From Welwitschia mirabilis (taxonomy: Eukaryota), in NCBI GenBank assembly GCA_051453625.1, contig JBOZIK010000001.1:19296501-19360500 (forward strand): a DNA stretch of 64,000 nucleotides, read 5' to 3'. The notes beneath the pieces were generated by a model that ran no database searches, had not been told where the DNA came from, and saw only the letters and a list, made by a program, of their open reading frames with translations. The translations under genes were made by a program, and so were the position numbers. Of this stretch, positions 1 to 11,258 are shown piece by piece; the first letter of the stretch is position 1; every line of letters begins with the position of its first letter.

Positions 1-149
1 GTCTATTCAAAGGTTGCTTTGCACTTGAAAAATTTCCTCTTCCAATTGAAAAGAAGTGAAATGGTTGTTAGAATAGGCAAGAAAGGGCCTTTTTATAAGC
101 CAAAATGATGGTGGGCCCTCTAAAATACTTTAAAAAAGTGTTTTTTTCT

Positions 150-352
150 AGAAAAACGTTTTTTTCCCTACCTTACCTGTGCTGACTTGCCGAGATTCGC
201 TGAGATTCGCCGGACTCGCCTGACTTGCCAAGACTCGCGAGTTTTCGAGGTTGACTCGCACCCAGCAAGTCACACCTCACCCGATTCGCGAGTGTTGAAA
301 AACCCGCGACTCGGCGGGTACTCGTCGAGACTCGGCGAGTTTTGCAACACTG
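150..352 (-). mobile_element. Terminus of a hAT-like DNA transposon/MITE (TIR starting CAGTGTT, subterminal GACTCG repeats); element extends left out of the window
   Basis: Dense GACTCGC/GCGAGTC motifs end in ...TTTGCAACACTG at 352. The reverse complement aligns by eye with 10444-10670. Confidence 0.65.
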
Positions 353-1464
353 ATGAAGTTTGACCCAAGCTCTTTCCAAGGTTGTCCCATACGTTGGACA
401 ACGATTGTTTATCCAAGATTAGGTTGTCGCTTGTGCATTTATGCCTTTGCGATGAAAATAACGCATAGGAGCAACCAAGGAAAACTCAAACCTGCCTAGT
501 TCATATCTCTTCTTACTTGGTTAAATTCCATATTAATAAGCACACGAGGCGTAGTCAAATAGTTATTGACCTCACAAACATGCTCACAAATCATTGATCT
601 GATAGTCAAGCCTTTACTCCTAATCATGTCTATTTCATAGTCGTCGAGAGCGCCCACGCCTAACGAAAGCTAGGTATTTCTTTTCTTATTTTCTAGAAAG
701 AGGATCGTCCCCCAACATATAGTATTGCTTGGATCTTCAACATCCCAATGTAGAAATATTGTTCAATAAACTAATATGAGGAATTGATTGACACGCCTTA
801 GAACATAGAACTATCAGCCTTAAGATTTTCCTCCCATGGCTTAGCATCTTAGAAAATTAAAATGCAACTAGTTAAGAGGGAGACTTCATTAAGTAAGCAT
901 TAGAGTAATGGTAAGCAAGGCAATTGAGCATGCAATCCAAGCCTTGGGAATAGGGTTGGAATACTGTTTCGTTTTTTTTGCATGTTTGTTGGTCTCTCTT
1001 GTATCTCTTAGTTCATTTGTGAAAATCACTTGATGCCATGTCAACCATCTCTCAACTAGTGTCCTTCCATGTCTATTTATGAATAAGAAACCAATACTAT
1101 GTGAGATCAGTTTGTAACCACAGACATAATACCCAAACAACCTTGGCCACAAGAGATGAAGTATTGTGCTAAGTTTAATTTGTTACAAAATCATGCAACA
1201 AAAGCAAAACACAACAAAATATTCTTTAACAAAGACTAAGTAATATGGTTTCAGAGAAGAGAAAATCAAGGGAAATCTTAACTAATCAACGAAAGTAATT
1301 ATCTTTTATTAATCATAAACAAAGATTACAAGTTAACATTAATGCCTTCTAGAAGGGTTCTAAACTATAACCCTTGCAGTTGAGACCAATCACTCTCCTC
1401 CTCACACATCCACAATGGACCTCAAAGTGTGCTTATATATATAGCTACATGGTTACAAACAATT

Positions 1465-1782
1465 GGGTATGCACTTCCCATTCCCACCTTGACGTGTGGG
1501 TAAATATTAAAGGTTCTAGTTTCCATGTAAGTCATGGCTTTTGGTGTGATAGTAGTCAGCCCAATAATTTGTATTAGAGCTAGGGTTTTGGCTTGGGTTT
1601 GGGTTCCAATCTCCATGGTGCCTTCCCAGTTCATGTGAGCACTTAGCATGTGGATTGAGGAGGAGATTATTAGGTATTCCCATGCCTACCTTGACAAGTG
1701 GTTTTACATGAGGGTCTCCAGTTTCCACCTAATTCATGGCTTTTGGTGTGATGGTAATGGGCCCAACAACTAGCATTAGAAC
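1465..1782 (+). mobile_element. TRIM-like unit: ~100-bp LTR, PBS, ~80-bp spacer, PPT, ~100-bp LTR, second PBS
   Basis: Direct repeats at ~1465-1566 and 1668-1768 share CATGGCTTTTGGTGTGAT...CCCAA(T/C)A. Decayed tRNA-Met PBS TTGTATTAGAGC at 1569-1580, PPT GAGGAGGAGA at 1657-1666, second PBS-like TAGCATTAGAAC at 1771-1782. Confidence 0.65.
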
Positions 1783-1893
1783 TTGGTTTCTGGGGCTATG
1801 CTCTTCTTGTGGAGAAAGCCCTTTGAAGTTTGGTTGCTTTAGGGTTTCGATTTTTAGTGTTTCTTTGATGTGCCTGCATAAATTGAGAAGGCA

Positions 1894-3644
1894 ATGGAGT
1901 TTGAGAAGTTGAATGAAAGTAACTAACAATTTGTAAGATAATGATGGAAGACTATCTCATTTGAAAGAAATTGGCTTCGCCACTTCAAGGTTGCTTAATT
2001 GCTCGCAATGGAAGATTGGGAATGGGACGGCGTTCTCTTTCAGAAGTGCTTGGTAGCTATTATATCTTGCATTTTAATATTGTTTGATGTTTTCAAGTGA
2101 ACAATAACAATAGAGCTTTGGCAGTCTTGGGGGTGATTGTGTGACCAACTCTCTAGTGCAAATAAGATGCATGCAATGAGGAGGTTATTCCTTTTGAAGA
2201 TGGAGCGTACAACTATGTGAAAGCATGTAAGTGATTTTAATTCTATTGCAACACAACTTGGATCCTTAAAAATCAAGTTAGATGAAGAGGTTGGTGTTTG
2301 CTACTATTAAGTCTTTTACCTTCAAGTTGAGATGCTTTGCTCATTGCTGTGACAAATACAATGGTAAAAGCTACAAGTTGCAAGATGTTGTTGCTTCATT
2401 GTTGAATGAGAAGACCAAAAAGGTCTTTACTCAGATTTTCGGAGAATTAGATTAGGCATTAACAACAGGACAAACAGGAAGAACACAAACACAAAAATCA
2501 CTTTCCTGGATCTAACAGAGTAAGATCTCGAAGCAAAGGAAGATTAAAGTCATAAAGAAGGAAGGCTACTTGTTGGCATTAAAAGAAATCAAGTCACATG
2601 CAAAAGGATGTCTGGAGCTTGAAGAATAAACAAAAGGGAAAGAGCAAAGATAATGATGTTGCAAAAGCAAGCACAACATTAGCTGGTGAAGATGGGGCCA
2701 TCATGAGTGCGTTTTGTATAGCTTCTTTTGCTGAAGGAGCCCAAATTTTGGATTTAGATGCGTCATTTCACGTTTATCTAAAGAAATTGAGTTTCTCTAC
2801 ATATAAGAGTATGGAGAATGGATCTGTTTATATTGGTGATGATTGTGCATGCAAAATTTTGGCGCTAGTAATGTCCTTAGTCAGCAATCAGATGGAAAGA
2901 TGCACACATTAACAAAAATTTGAGGTATATTCCTGTGATAGCTAAGAATCTTATTTCGGTAGGATAATTGGATGATGTTAGTTTCATAGTGACCATTGGG
3001 AAAGGGTCATGGAAAATTTTGAGAGGCCGGATGATGATATTGAAAGGTCGAACAAAGGGAAATTCGTATATCCTTCACGGGACAACACAAAAGAGCAATG
3101 CTACGAAAGATATTATTGCAACTATAGGCAAAAATGAAGATATGAAGATTTGTCATAGTTGTTTAGGTTATCTTAGCTAGTGCAACATGACAATACTATA
3201 AGACCTAAAGATTATTCCGATTTTTAAGAGTTCTTTTCTTGCATTTTTTGTGATCACTGTGCTATGGAAAAGCAACACAAAGTTAATCGTGAGTGGAATG
3301 AGCATCATAGGAGAAATAAAGTATCAAAATTGGTATATTATAAAGTTTTTGGCCCTATAGATATTAGATCTCTTGAAGGAGCTTCTTATTTTGTTACTTT
3401 TATAGACAATTACCTAAAAGCATGTTGGTTGTATGCTAGGGCTTCAGAAAATGTTGGTTGTAAGTCTTTACTTGAGTTTGGGGATCTTTGTGCCATGGGA
3501 AGGCAATGTAGAGTTAATTTTAAGAGGAATGCATATTAGAGGAGAAGGAAGGTACTACAATTGGTACATCTTAATGTTTTTTGCTTTGGAGATGTTAGAT
3601 GTCTTGGAGGAGATTCTTATTTTGTTACTTTTATAGATGATTAC
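1894..3644 (+). pseudogene. Degenerate Ty1/Copia (Tork/Tnt1-like) gag, protease and start of integrase
   Basis: MEFEKLN..MEDYL gag start, ILDLDASFHV protease site, GKGSWKIL..GNSYILHG, VFGPIDIRSLEGASYFVTFIDNY integrase start. Many stops and frameshifts. The last ~200 bp is a diverged tandem repeat of the integrase start. Confidence 0.9.
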
Positions 3645-6600
3645 GTCTTCGCCAATCCAAAATGCATTCTACAAGAACAATCTTTGTGAACATGTTAGCC
3701 AAGTTCGTATGAGTATGGATTTTAACTACTTGTAGATCTTTGCACTACAATGCCTGTCGAATGAAGTAGTATTAAACCTCTGTATGCTTCATCCTAGAGT
3801 GAAAAGCTGTAATCTTTGCTAGGTGAGTCACACTTTGATTATCATAGTGTAAAAGATATTTCTCTTGTTTCACCCCAAACCACTTAAGTAATCATCTTAG
3901 CTAGATCATNNNNNNNNNNNNNNNNNNNNNNNNNNNNNNNNNNNNNNNNNNNNNNNNNNNNNNNNNNNNNNNNNNNNNNNNNNNNNNNNNNNNNNNNNNN
4001 NNNNNNNNNNNNNNNNNNNNNNNNNNNNNNNNNNNNNNNNNNNNNNNNNNNNNNNNNNNNNNNNNNNNNNNNNNNNNNNNNNNNNNNNNNNNNNNNNNNN
4101 NNNNNNNNNNNNNNNNNNNNNNNNNNNNNNNNNNNNNNNNNNNNNNNNNNNNNNNNNNNNNNNNNNNNNNNNNNNNNNNNNNNNNNNNNNNNNNNNNNNN
4201 NNNNNNNNNNNNNNNNNNNNNNNNNNNNNNNNNNNNNNNNNNNNNNNNNNNNNNNNNNNNNNNNNNNNNNNNNNNNNNNNNNNNNNNNNNNNNNNNNNNN
4301 NNNNNNNNNNNNNNNNNNNNNNNNNNNNNNNNNNNNNNNNNNNNNNNNNNNNNNNNNNNNNNNNNNNNNNNNNNNNNNNNNNNNNNNNNNNNNNNNNNNN
4401 NNNNNNNNNNNNNNNNNNNNNNNNNNNNNNNNNNNNNNNNNNNNNNNNNNNNNNNNNNNNNNNNNNNNNNNNNNNNNNNNNNNNNNNNNNNNNNNNNNNN
4501 NNNNNNNNNNNNNNNNNNNNNNNNNNNNNNNNNNNNNNNNNNNNNNNNNNNNNNNNNNNNNNNNNNNNNNNNNNNNNNNNNNNNNNNNNNNNNNNNNNNN
4601 NNNNNNNNNNNNNNNNNNNNNNNNNNNNNNNNNNNNNNNNNNNNNNNNNNNNNNNNNNNNNNNNNNNNNNNNNNNNNNNNNNNNNNNNNNNNNNNNNNNN
4701 NNNNNNNNNNNNNNNNNNNNNNNNNNNNNNNNNNNNNNNNNNNNNNNNNNNNNNNNNNNNNNNNNNNNNNNNNNNNNNNNNNNNNNNNNNNNNNNNNNNN
4801 NNNNNNNNNNNNNNNNNNNNNNNNNNNNNNNNNNNNNNNNNNNNNNNNNNNNNNNNNNNNNNNNNNNNNNNNNNNNNNNNNNNNNNNNNNNNNNNNNNNN
4901 NNNNNACTTAAGTAATCATCTTAGCTAGATCATTACGATGGCTGCCTCCGTGAAAGCTATGTGCTTAGCTATAGTTGTAGATAGTACAACTACTTCTTGT
5001 AGTGTTGGAATCCAGCTAACTGCTCTACCATCACAACATCCTACATAATCGATAGCAGATCTTCTACTGTCACAACATCCTACATAATTAGCATCAACAA
5101 AACCGACAATTTCTAATGCAAGTTCTCCAAAGCATAAGCACTCATTTCGTCTTCTCTTTAAAGATCAGAGGATCCACTTTATTGCTTGCCAATGTTCTTA
5201 TCATGGATTACAAATGTAACATGAAATAACTCGTATTGCATGAGCAATATCTGGCCTTATACAGGCCATTCCATACATCAAGCTACTTATTACAAAAGTA
5301 TAAGGAACAATTTCCATCTTTCTTTTATTTGCCTCATCCTCTAGATAATCATTTTTAAACAACTTAAAACATACAACTAATGGTGTACAAATAGGCTTAT
5401 AGTGAATCATATTAAAATGTTCAAGAACATTAGAGATGTCCTCATATTGACTTAACTAAAGCTTGCCCTTCTTATTGTCTTTGCACATGTGCATTCCCAA
5501 TATCTTCTTGGTTAGTTGAAGATCCTTAGTAGCAAAACATTTAGACGTATCAGTCTTCAAATGTTTAGTCTTCTTTCCATCATTTTTATTAATCAACATA
5601 TCATTAACATAGAGTAACAAAATAGTAAAAGAACCATATGCTAATCCTCTAAAATACACATAGTGATGAAACTGACATTTGGTGTAACCTACATTCTGCA
5701 TAAAGCCATTAAATCTCTTATACCATTGCCTAGATGCTTGCTTCAACCCGTACTAACCTTTTTTAAACCTACCAGCCAAGTTAGGATTAGTCTTATTTGC
5801 GAATCCTTTAGGCTAGTACATGTAAATTTCTTCTTCCAAGTCAGCATGTAAGAAAGAAGTCTTGATATCAAGCTGTTCTAATTCCAAATTCAGATTTGCA
5901 ACTGAAGATAAAACAACTCTAACAGAATTGTGCTCGACAACAGGAGCGAAAATCTTATTGAAACTAATACTTGTTGTTTGTCCATGACCTTTGACAACAA
6001 ATTTGGCTTTATAATGGTTGGGACCATTAGCCTCCCACTTAATCACATATACCCATATGTTTTGCAACGCTTTCTTCTCACATGGAAGCTCTAACAACTT
6101 CCATCTATCATTTTGATGCAATGCAATAATTTCTTCCATGAGCTTATGCCATCTTCCATCCCGATGACAACTTACAACTTTGGAACAATGCTTGGGTTCA
6201 CCATTGTCTGTTTCAAAAAAAAAAAAGCATAATATAGTGAAGGAGAATGCCCTTTGGTGGGCTTGTGGGGACATTACTAATGTGCATCAGCTCTAGTTGT
6301 TGACCAAGCTGATTATGTATCACTTATAGACTTTCTTCATTACTGCAATTAACTCCATCAACATCATGATTTGCCTGAGGCTGGATCTTGTGCTTGCACC
6401 TAAGAGGAGTAATGGAACGTGAAACTTGCATTTCCACAAGAAGTTCCTCTTCCTTCTGCTCTTTTTGCTTCCTTTGTGAAAACATCACATCATCATTAAA
6501 GATGATATCTTTGCTCCTTATTATCTTCTTTGCAATAGGATCCCAAGGCTTGTAACCTTTGTTATTGCCATCATATCCAAGAAAAGCACATCTTCGTGAT

Positions 6601-7619
6601 CTAGCCTCCAGCTTTGTTTTACTCTCCATTTGCTACCTAAACAAAACCTTCACATCCAGATGTCTTTAGGTGGCTATATTGAATATTTCTACCACTCTAA
6701 AGTATCTTAGTTTTCTTGCTATTTACCTCTTGATCAAATACATAGTTGTATTAGCAGCTTTATCCCAAAATGGCTTATCGAGACCAGATCATGACAACAT
6801 GTTTCTCACACGCGTCATGATGGACTTGTTCATCCTTTTAGGAACAACATTCTATTGTGGTGTACTAGGAATAGTCTTCACTTTGTGAATTCCTTTGTCC
6901 TTGCAAAATTCATTAAACTATCTAGAACCATACTCACCACCATTAACAATCTTCAAGCACTTAATCAATCTCTCTGATCTCTTCTTAACCCTTGCCTTAA
7001 ATCTTTAAGCAATAACACACAACAAACAATTTTTGAGTAATCGTCTATATAAGTAACAAAACAAGAAGCACCTCTAAGAGATCTAACATCTATAGGGCCG
7101 AAAATATCAAGACATACCAATTCTAATACCTTACTTTTCTTATGATGTTCATTCCCCTTACAATTAACTCTACATTACTTTCCCATGGCACAATGATCAC
7201 AAAACTCAAGAAGACAACTCTTAAAAATAGCAACAAGCTATTAAGCTTTAGGTCATGTAATACCTTGATGCTACGCTTGCTAAGGTGACCTAGATGAATA
7301 TGGCAAATCTTCGTGCCTTCATCTTTGCCAGTAGTTGCAACAGTATCTCTTGTAGCATTGATCTTTTATGTTGTGCCATGAAGGATATACAAATTTCCAT
7401 TTTTTTGAACTTCCAAAATTGTCATGTAGCCTTTCAAAATCTTCCATGACCCTTTTCCAAAGGTCATTGTGAAACAAGCATCATCTAATTGCCTTGCTGA
7501 AATAAGATTCTTAGCTATCTTAGGAACATGCCTCACATTTGTCAATGTGTCTTTCTTTCCATCTGAATGTTGAATAACGACATCACCAATGCTCAAAATT
7601 TTGCATGCACGGTCATCAC
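3645..7619 (-). pseudogene. Degenerate Ty1/Copia pol (protease end, integrase, RT, RNase H), same family as 1894-3644, truncated at both ends
   Basis: ORF fragments NLISARQLDD, CAFLGY..KGYKPWDP, YKAKFVVKG, ELEQLDIKTSFLH, KQASRQWYKRF, LLLYVNDMLI, RPDIAHA. RNase H end KIHTHTNLANMFTK at ~3690-3725. Confidence 0.95.
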
Positions 7620-7769
7620 TGATGATGAAAATGTCGGCAATTAGTTTATGTCGGTTGCCTGAAAAAGTTGTGTCGGGGAGACAAGTCGCCATGTTGGCAC
7701 AAAATCTGGGTGCAAAATTTTCACAATAATTTTTATTTCAAAATTAAGGGAATTTTGTTATCTACAAGA

Positions 7770-7889
7770 TTTATAAGCAACATAAGCTCAAAATAGCTAA
7801 AAATAAGCAATTCAAATATTTATTTGCTGTTTATAAGCAACATAAGCTAAAAATAGATAAAAATAAGCAATTCAAATATTTATTTGATG
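7770..7889. repeat. Two tandem copies of a 60-bp AT-rich unit
   Basis: TTTATAAGCAACATAAGCT(C/A)AAAATAG(C/A)TAAAAATAAGCAATTCAAATATTTATTTG occurs twice. Confidence 0.9.
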
Positions 7890-8716
7890 TGCATAAATAA
7901 TTAGGGACCCATTATCACATCAACAGATAAAGCTATAAAACTATTATAACATCAATTGCTCATTTCCTTCATTGCATGACAAAGTGCATGTACTTAAAAC
8001 AACATATGAGTTTATAACAAATAAACCATCAAGTGTCATTATAAACTACAAGTCTTATACAAAATAAAAATAACATCAGCATGCAAAAATATCATGTGCC
8101 ATTACTATTAGGATCACAAAATACCCTAGAAGGGGGGTGAATAGGGTTCTAAAACTTTTAAACAGACTTACGAAGAATTAATCAAATAACTAAAATCAGA
8201 AGATGAACAGAAACAATTGCACTCTACCGATTTATAGTGGTTCGGATCTCCAAGCCTACTCCACTCACAAGAGGCAGCACAAGCCTTCAACCTCTTGGTT
8301 CCTTTAAACAAACCGTGCAACAGCACAACCACCCTTGGCAAGGGCTCTAATTACAACGCTTGCTTTTCCTTGAGCAATTACAACGAGTGTTCAGAATAGA
8401 TCTGATGGAGTGTAAGCCTTTTAGCTTTAATACATCAACAAGTAGTACAATCAGAGAAGAAGATCTATAACAGTTTGGATCAGGAGCATTCTCCTTAGAT
8501 TATCAACATGAGCATGCTCTGCTCTTTTAGCTGTATTTCAAAATTAGGTGCTTTAAACTTGTTTGAACAAGACATATATAGCTTTCCTATGGAGGAAAAT
8601 CCTAATAATCCTTTGCATTGGTTACAGGGCTAGAGGAAACCTTTTTTAGCCATTTGCGCTTTGGTAGAAGTGCCCAACGTTCTTCTTCACACATTTTCGT
8701 GCGTCAACAGATAGGC

Positions 8717-9050
8717 GGTTGGACGTCCCAAGTTAAAAAGCCGGATGTCTCATTTTTAATCGGAACATAACAGGTAATCTGAAATAGGGTCCGGACGTCC
8801 CGGGCAAGGAATTTGGACGTCCCAGTATAAATAAGAGAATGCAGGGGCGGACGTCCCGTGATAGGAGGTCGGATGTCCCAATACAAATAATAGTGTACAG
8901 GGTCGGATGTCCCGTGATAGGAGGTCGGACGTCCTAGTACAAATAACAGTGTACAGAGTCGGATGTCCCATGATAGGAGGTTGGATGTCCTAGTATAAAT
9001 GACCGATTACAGGGTCGGACGTCCCGGGTTTTAAGGCCGGACGTCCCGGT
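8717..9050. repeat. LTR-internal array of GGACGTCC palindromes in ~53-bp tandem units (second copy 10816-11115)
   Basis: Repeated unit CCCAGTACAAATAACAGTGTACAGGGTCGGACGTCCCGTGATAGGAGGTCGGACGT. Confidence 0.9.
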
Positions 9051-10144
9051 ACAATTTATAAAGAGTCTTTTATTTCCCAGATTTGGCCTGAGTTCGTTTG
9101 ATTGGAATTGCTTTAAGATCTCAAGCTGGGACTTTGACTTGGGAATAATTTTGTCACCTCATCATTGAAATAGACTTGTTACTCAACAATCTCCCCCTTT
9201 TCAATGATGACAAAATTTATANNNNNNNNNNNNNNNNNNNNNNNNNNNNNNNNNNNNNNNNNNNNNNNNNNNNNNNNNNNNNNNNNNNNNNNNNNNNNNN
9301 NNNNNNNNNNNNNNNNNNNNNNNNNNNNNNNNNNNNNNNNNNNNNNNNNNNNNNNNNNNNNNNNNNNNNNNNNNNNNNNNNNNNNNNNNNNNNNNNNNNN
9401 NNNNNNNNNNNNNNNNNNNNNNNNNNNNNNNNNNNNNNNNNNNNNNNNNNNNNNNNNNNNNNNNNNNNNNNNNNNNNNNNNNNNNNNNNNNNNNNNNNNN
9501 NNNNNNNNNNNNNNNNNNNNNNNNNNNNNNNNNNNNNNNNNNNNNNNNNNNNNNNNNNNNNNNNNNNNNNNNNNNNNNNNNNNNNNNNNNNNNNNNNNNN
9601 NNNNNNNNNNNNNNNNNNNNNNNNNNNNNNNNNNNNNNNNNNNNNNNNNNNNNNNNNNNNNNNNNNNNNNNNNNNNNNNNNNNNNNNNNNNNNNNNNNNN
9701 NNNNNNNNNNNNNNNNNNNNNNNNNNNNNNNNNNNNNNNNNNNNNNNNNNNNNNNNNNNNNNNNNNNNNNNNNNNNNNNNNNNNNNNNNNNNNNNNNNNN
9801 NNNNNNNNNNNNNNNNNNNNNNNNNNNNNNNNNNNNNNNNNNNNNNNNNNNNNNNNNNNNNNNNNNNNNNNNNNNNNNNNNNNNNNNNNNNNNNNNNNNN
9901 NNNNNNNNNNNNNNNNNNNNNNNNNNNNNNNNNNNNNNNNNNNNNNNNNNNNNNNNNNNNNNNNNNNNNNNNNNNNNNNNNNNNNNNNNNNNNNNNNNNN
10001 NNNNNNNNNNNNNNNNNNNNNNNNNNNNNNNNNNNNNNNNNNNNNNNNNNNNNNNNNNNNNNNNNNNNNNNNNNNNNNNNNNNNNNNNNNNNNNNNNNNN
10101 NNNNNNNNNNNNNNNNNNNNNNNNNNNNNNNNNNNNNNNNNNNN

Positions 10145-10443
10145 ATGGTTTAAGCTGATTACTAGGTATGTTGGCACACCAGTGAACTTGTTTTCTACAC
10201 AACTCTTCCGTTAAAACATCCTTACAAACTGCCTCTTGAAGAGAGGCTACCGAATGAATTTCTCTAAAGAAGCCATCATTCGGAAAACCGGTAATCAATG
10301 AAATACTTTCCAAATCTACTTCTACTATTCTCCCGTATACTTTAGAAATTAACTTCCAATTGGTCTTGTCAAGTAAACCATTGCAGTAGAATAGACGTAC
10401 CATTTTAACGGAAGCTCTGGTGTCTGGATTGAGTGCATACATC
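10145..10443 (-). pseudogene. Fragment of the SIRE extra (env-like) ORF
   Basis: WMYALNP..VKMVRLFYCNG..SKVYGRIVEVDLESISLITGFP resembles WIYILNP..LLRMFYCNG at 50.5 kb. Position is between pol and the 3' LTR. Confidence 0.75.
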
Positions 10444-10679
10444 CAGTGTTCTCGGCTCTCGGTGAGTACTTGTCGAGTCGCGAGTTTTTTCAAGCTCGCG
10501 AGTCGGGTGAGGACAGACTCGCTGAGTGCGAGTCTGCACAGGAAACTCACGAGTCTCTGCTTGACTCGCGTGTCTCGGCAAGTCTCGCGAGTCAGCGCAA
10601 GTCAATGCGAGTCAGCGTGGGTGTGGGGGAAAAATGTTTCTTTTAAAAAAACTGATTTTTTAACTGAGTAACAGCGGGC
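10444..10679 (+). mobile_element. Terminus of a hAT-like MITE (CAGTGTT..., GACTCG repeats) inserted in the SIRE extra ORF; runs into a gap
   Basis: Abrupt switch to CpG-rich repeats at CAGTGTT; homologous to the reverse complement of 150-352. Confidence 0.7.
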
Positions 10680-11258
10680 NNNNNNNNNNNNNNNNNNNNN
10701 NNNNNNNNNNNNNNNNNNNNNNNNNNNNNNNNNNNNNNNNNNNNNNNNNNNNNNNNNNNNNNNNNNNNNNNNNNNNNNNTCTTCTTCACACATTTCCTTG
10801 CGTCAACGGATAGCCGGTTGGACGTCCCAAGTTAAATAGTCGGACGTTCCATTTTTAATCGGAACATAACAGGTAATCTGAAACAGGATCCGGACGTCCT
10901 GGGCAAGGAATTCGGACGACCAGTATAAATAACAGAATACAGGGTCGGACGCCCTGTGATAAGGAGGTCGGACGTCCCAATACAAATAATAGTGTACAGG
11001 GTCGGACGTCCCGTGATAGGAGGTCGGACGTCCCAGTACAAATAACAGTGTACAGGGTCAGATGGCCCGTGATAGGAGGTCGGACGTCCCAGGTTTCAAG
11101 GCCGGACATCCCAGTACAATTTATAAAGAGTCTTTTATTTCCTAGATTTGGCCTGAGTTCATTTGACTGGAATTGCTTTAAGATCTCAAGCTCGGACTTT
11201 GAAGTGGGAATAATTTTGTCACCTCATCATTGAAATAGACTTGTTACTCAACAACTAC

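Larger units (their letters stand above)
8106..11253 (-). mobile_element. SIRE-like Copia LTR retrotransposon (3' LTR 8106-9188; 5' LTR partly visible at 10780-11253; interior mostly assembly gaps)
   Basis: SIRE-type LTR end CTAGAAGGGGGGTGAATAGG. PPT complement ATCTCCCCCTTT follows 9188. Both LTR copies end ...GTTACTCAACA. 5-bp TSD ATTAC (8101-8105) / ACTAC (11254-11258). Confidence 0.9.

Noticed and set aside
3883-4932. Direct repeat ACTTAAGTAATCATCTTAGCTAGATCAT on both sides of a gap
   Set aside because: This is a contig overlap across an N-gap; the Copia RNase H reads continuously if the gap is collapsed.
8717-9050. Regularly spaced palindromic repeats resembling a CRISPR array
   Set aside because: The spacers are themselves repeated, the array lies inside paired LTRs, there are no cas genes and the context is eukaryotic.
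9176-10214. Long 300-450 aa ORFs in the track (also at 23-24, 35-36 and 63-64 kb)
   Set aside because: They consist almost entirely of X residues from N runs.
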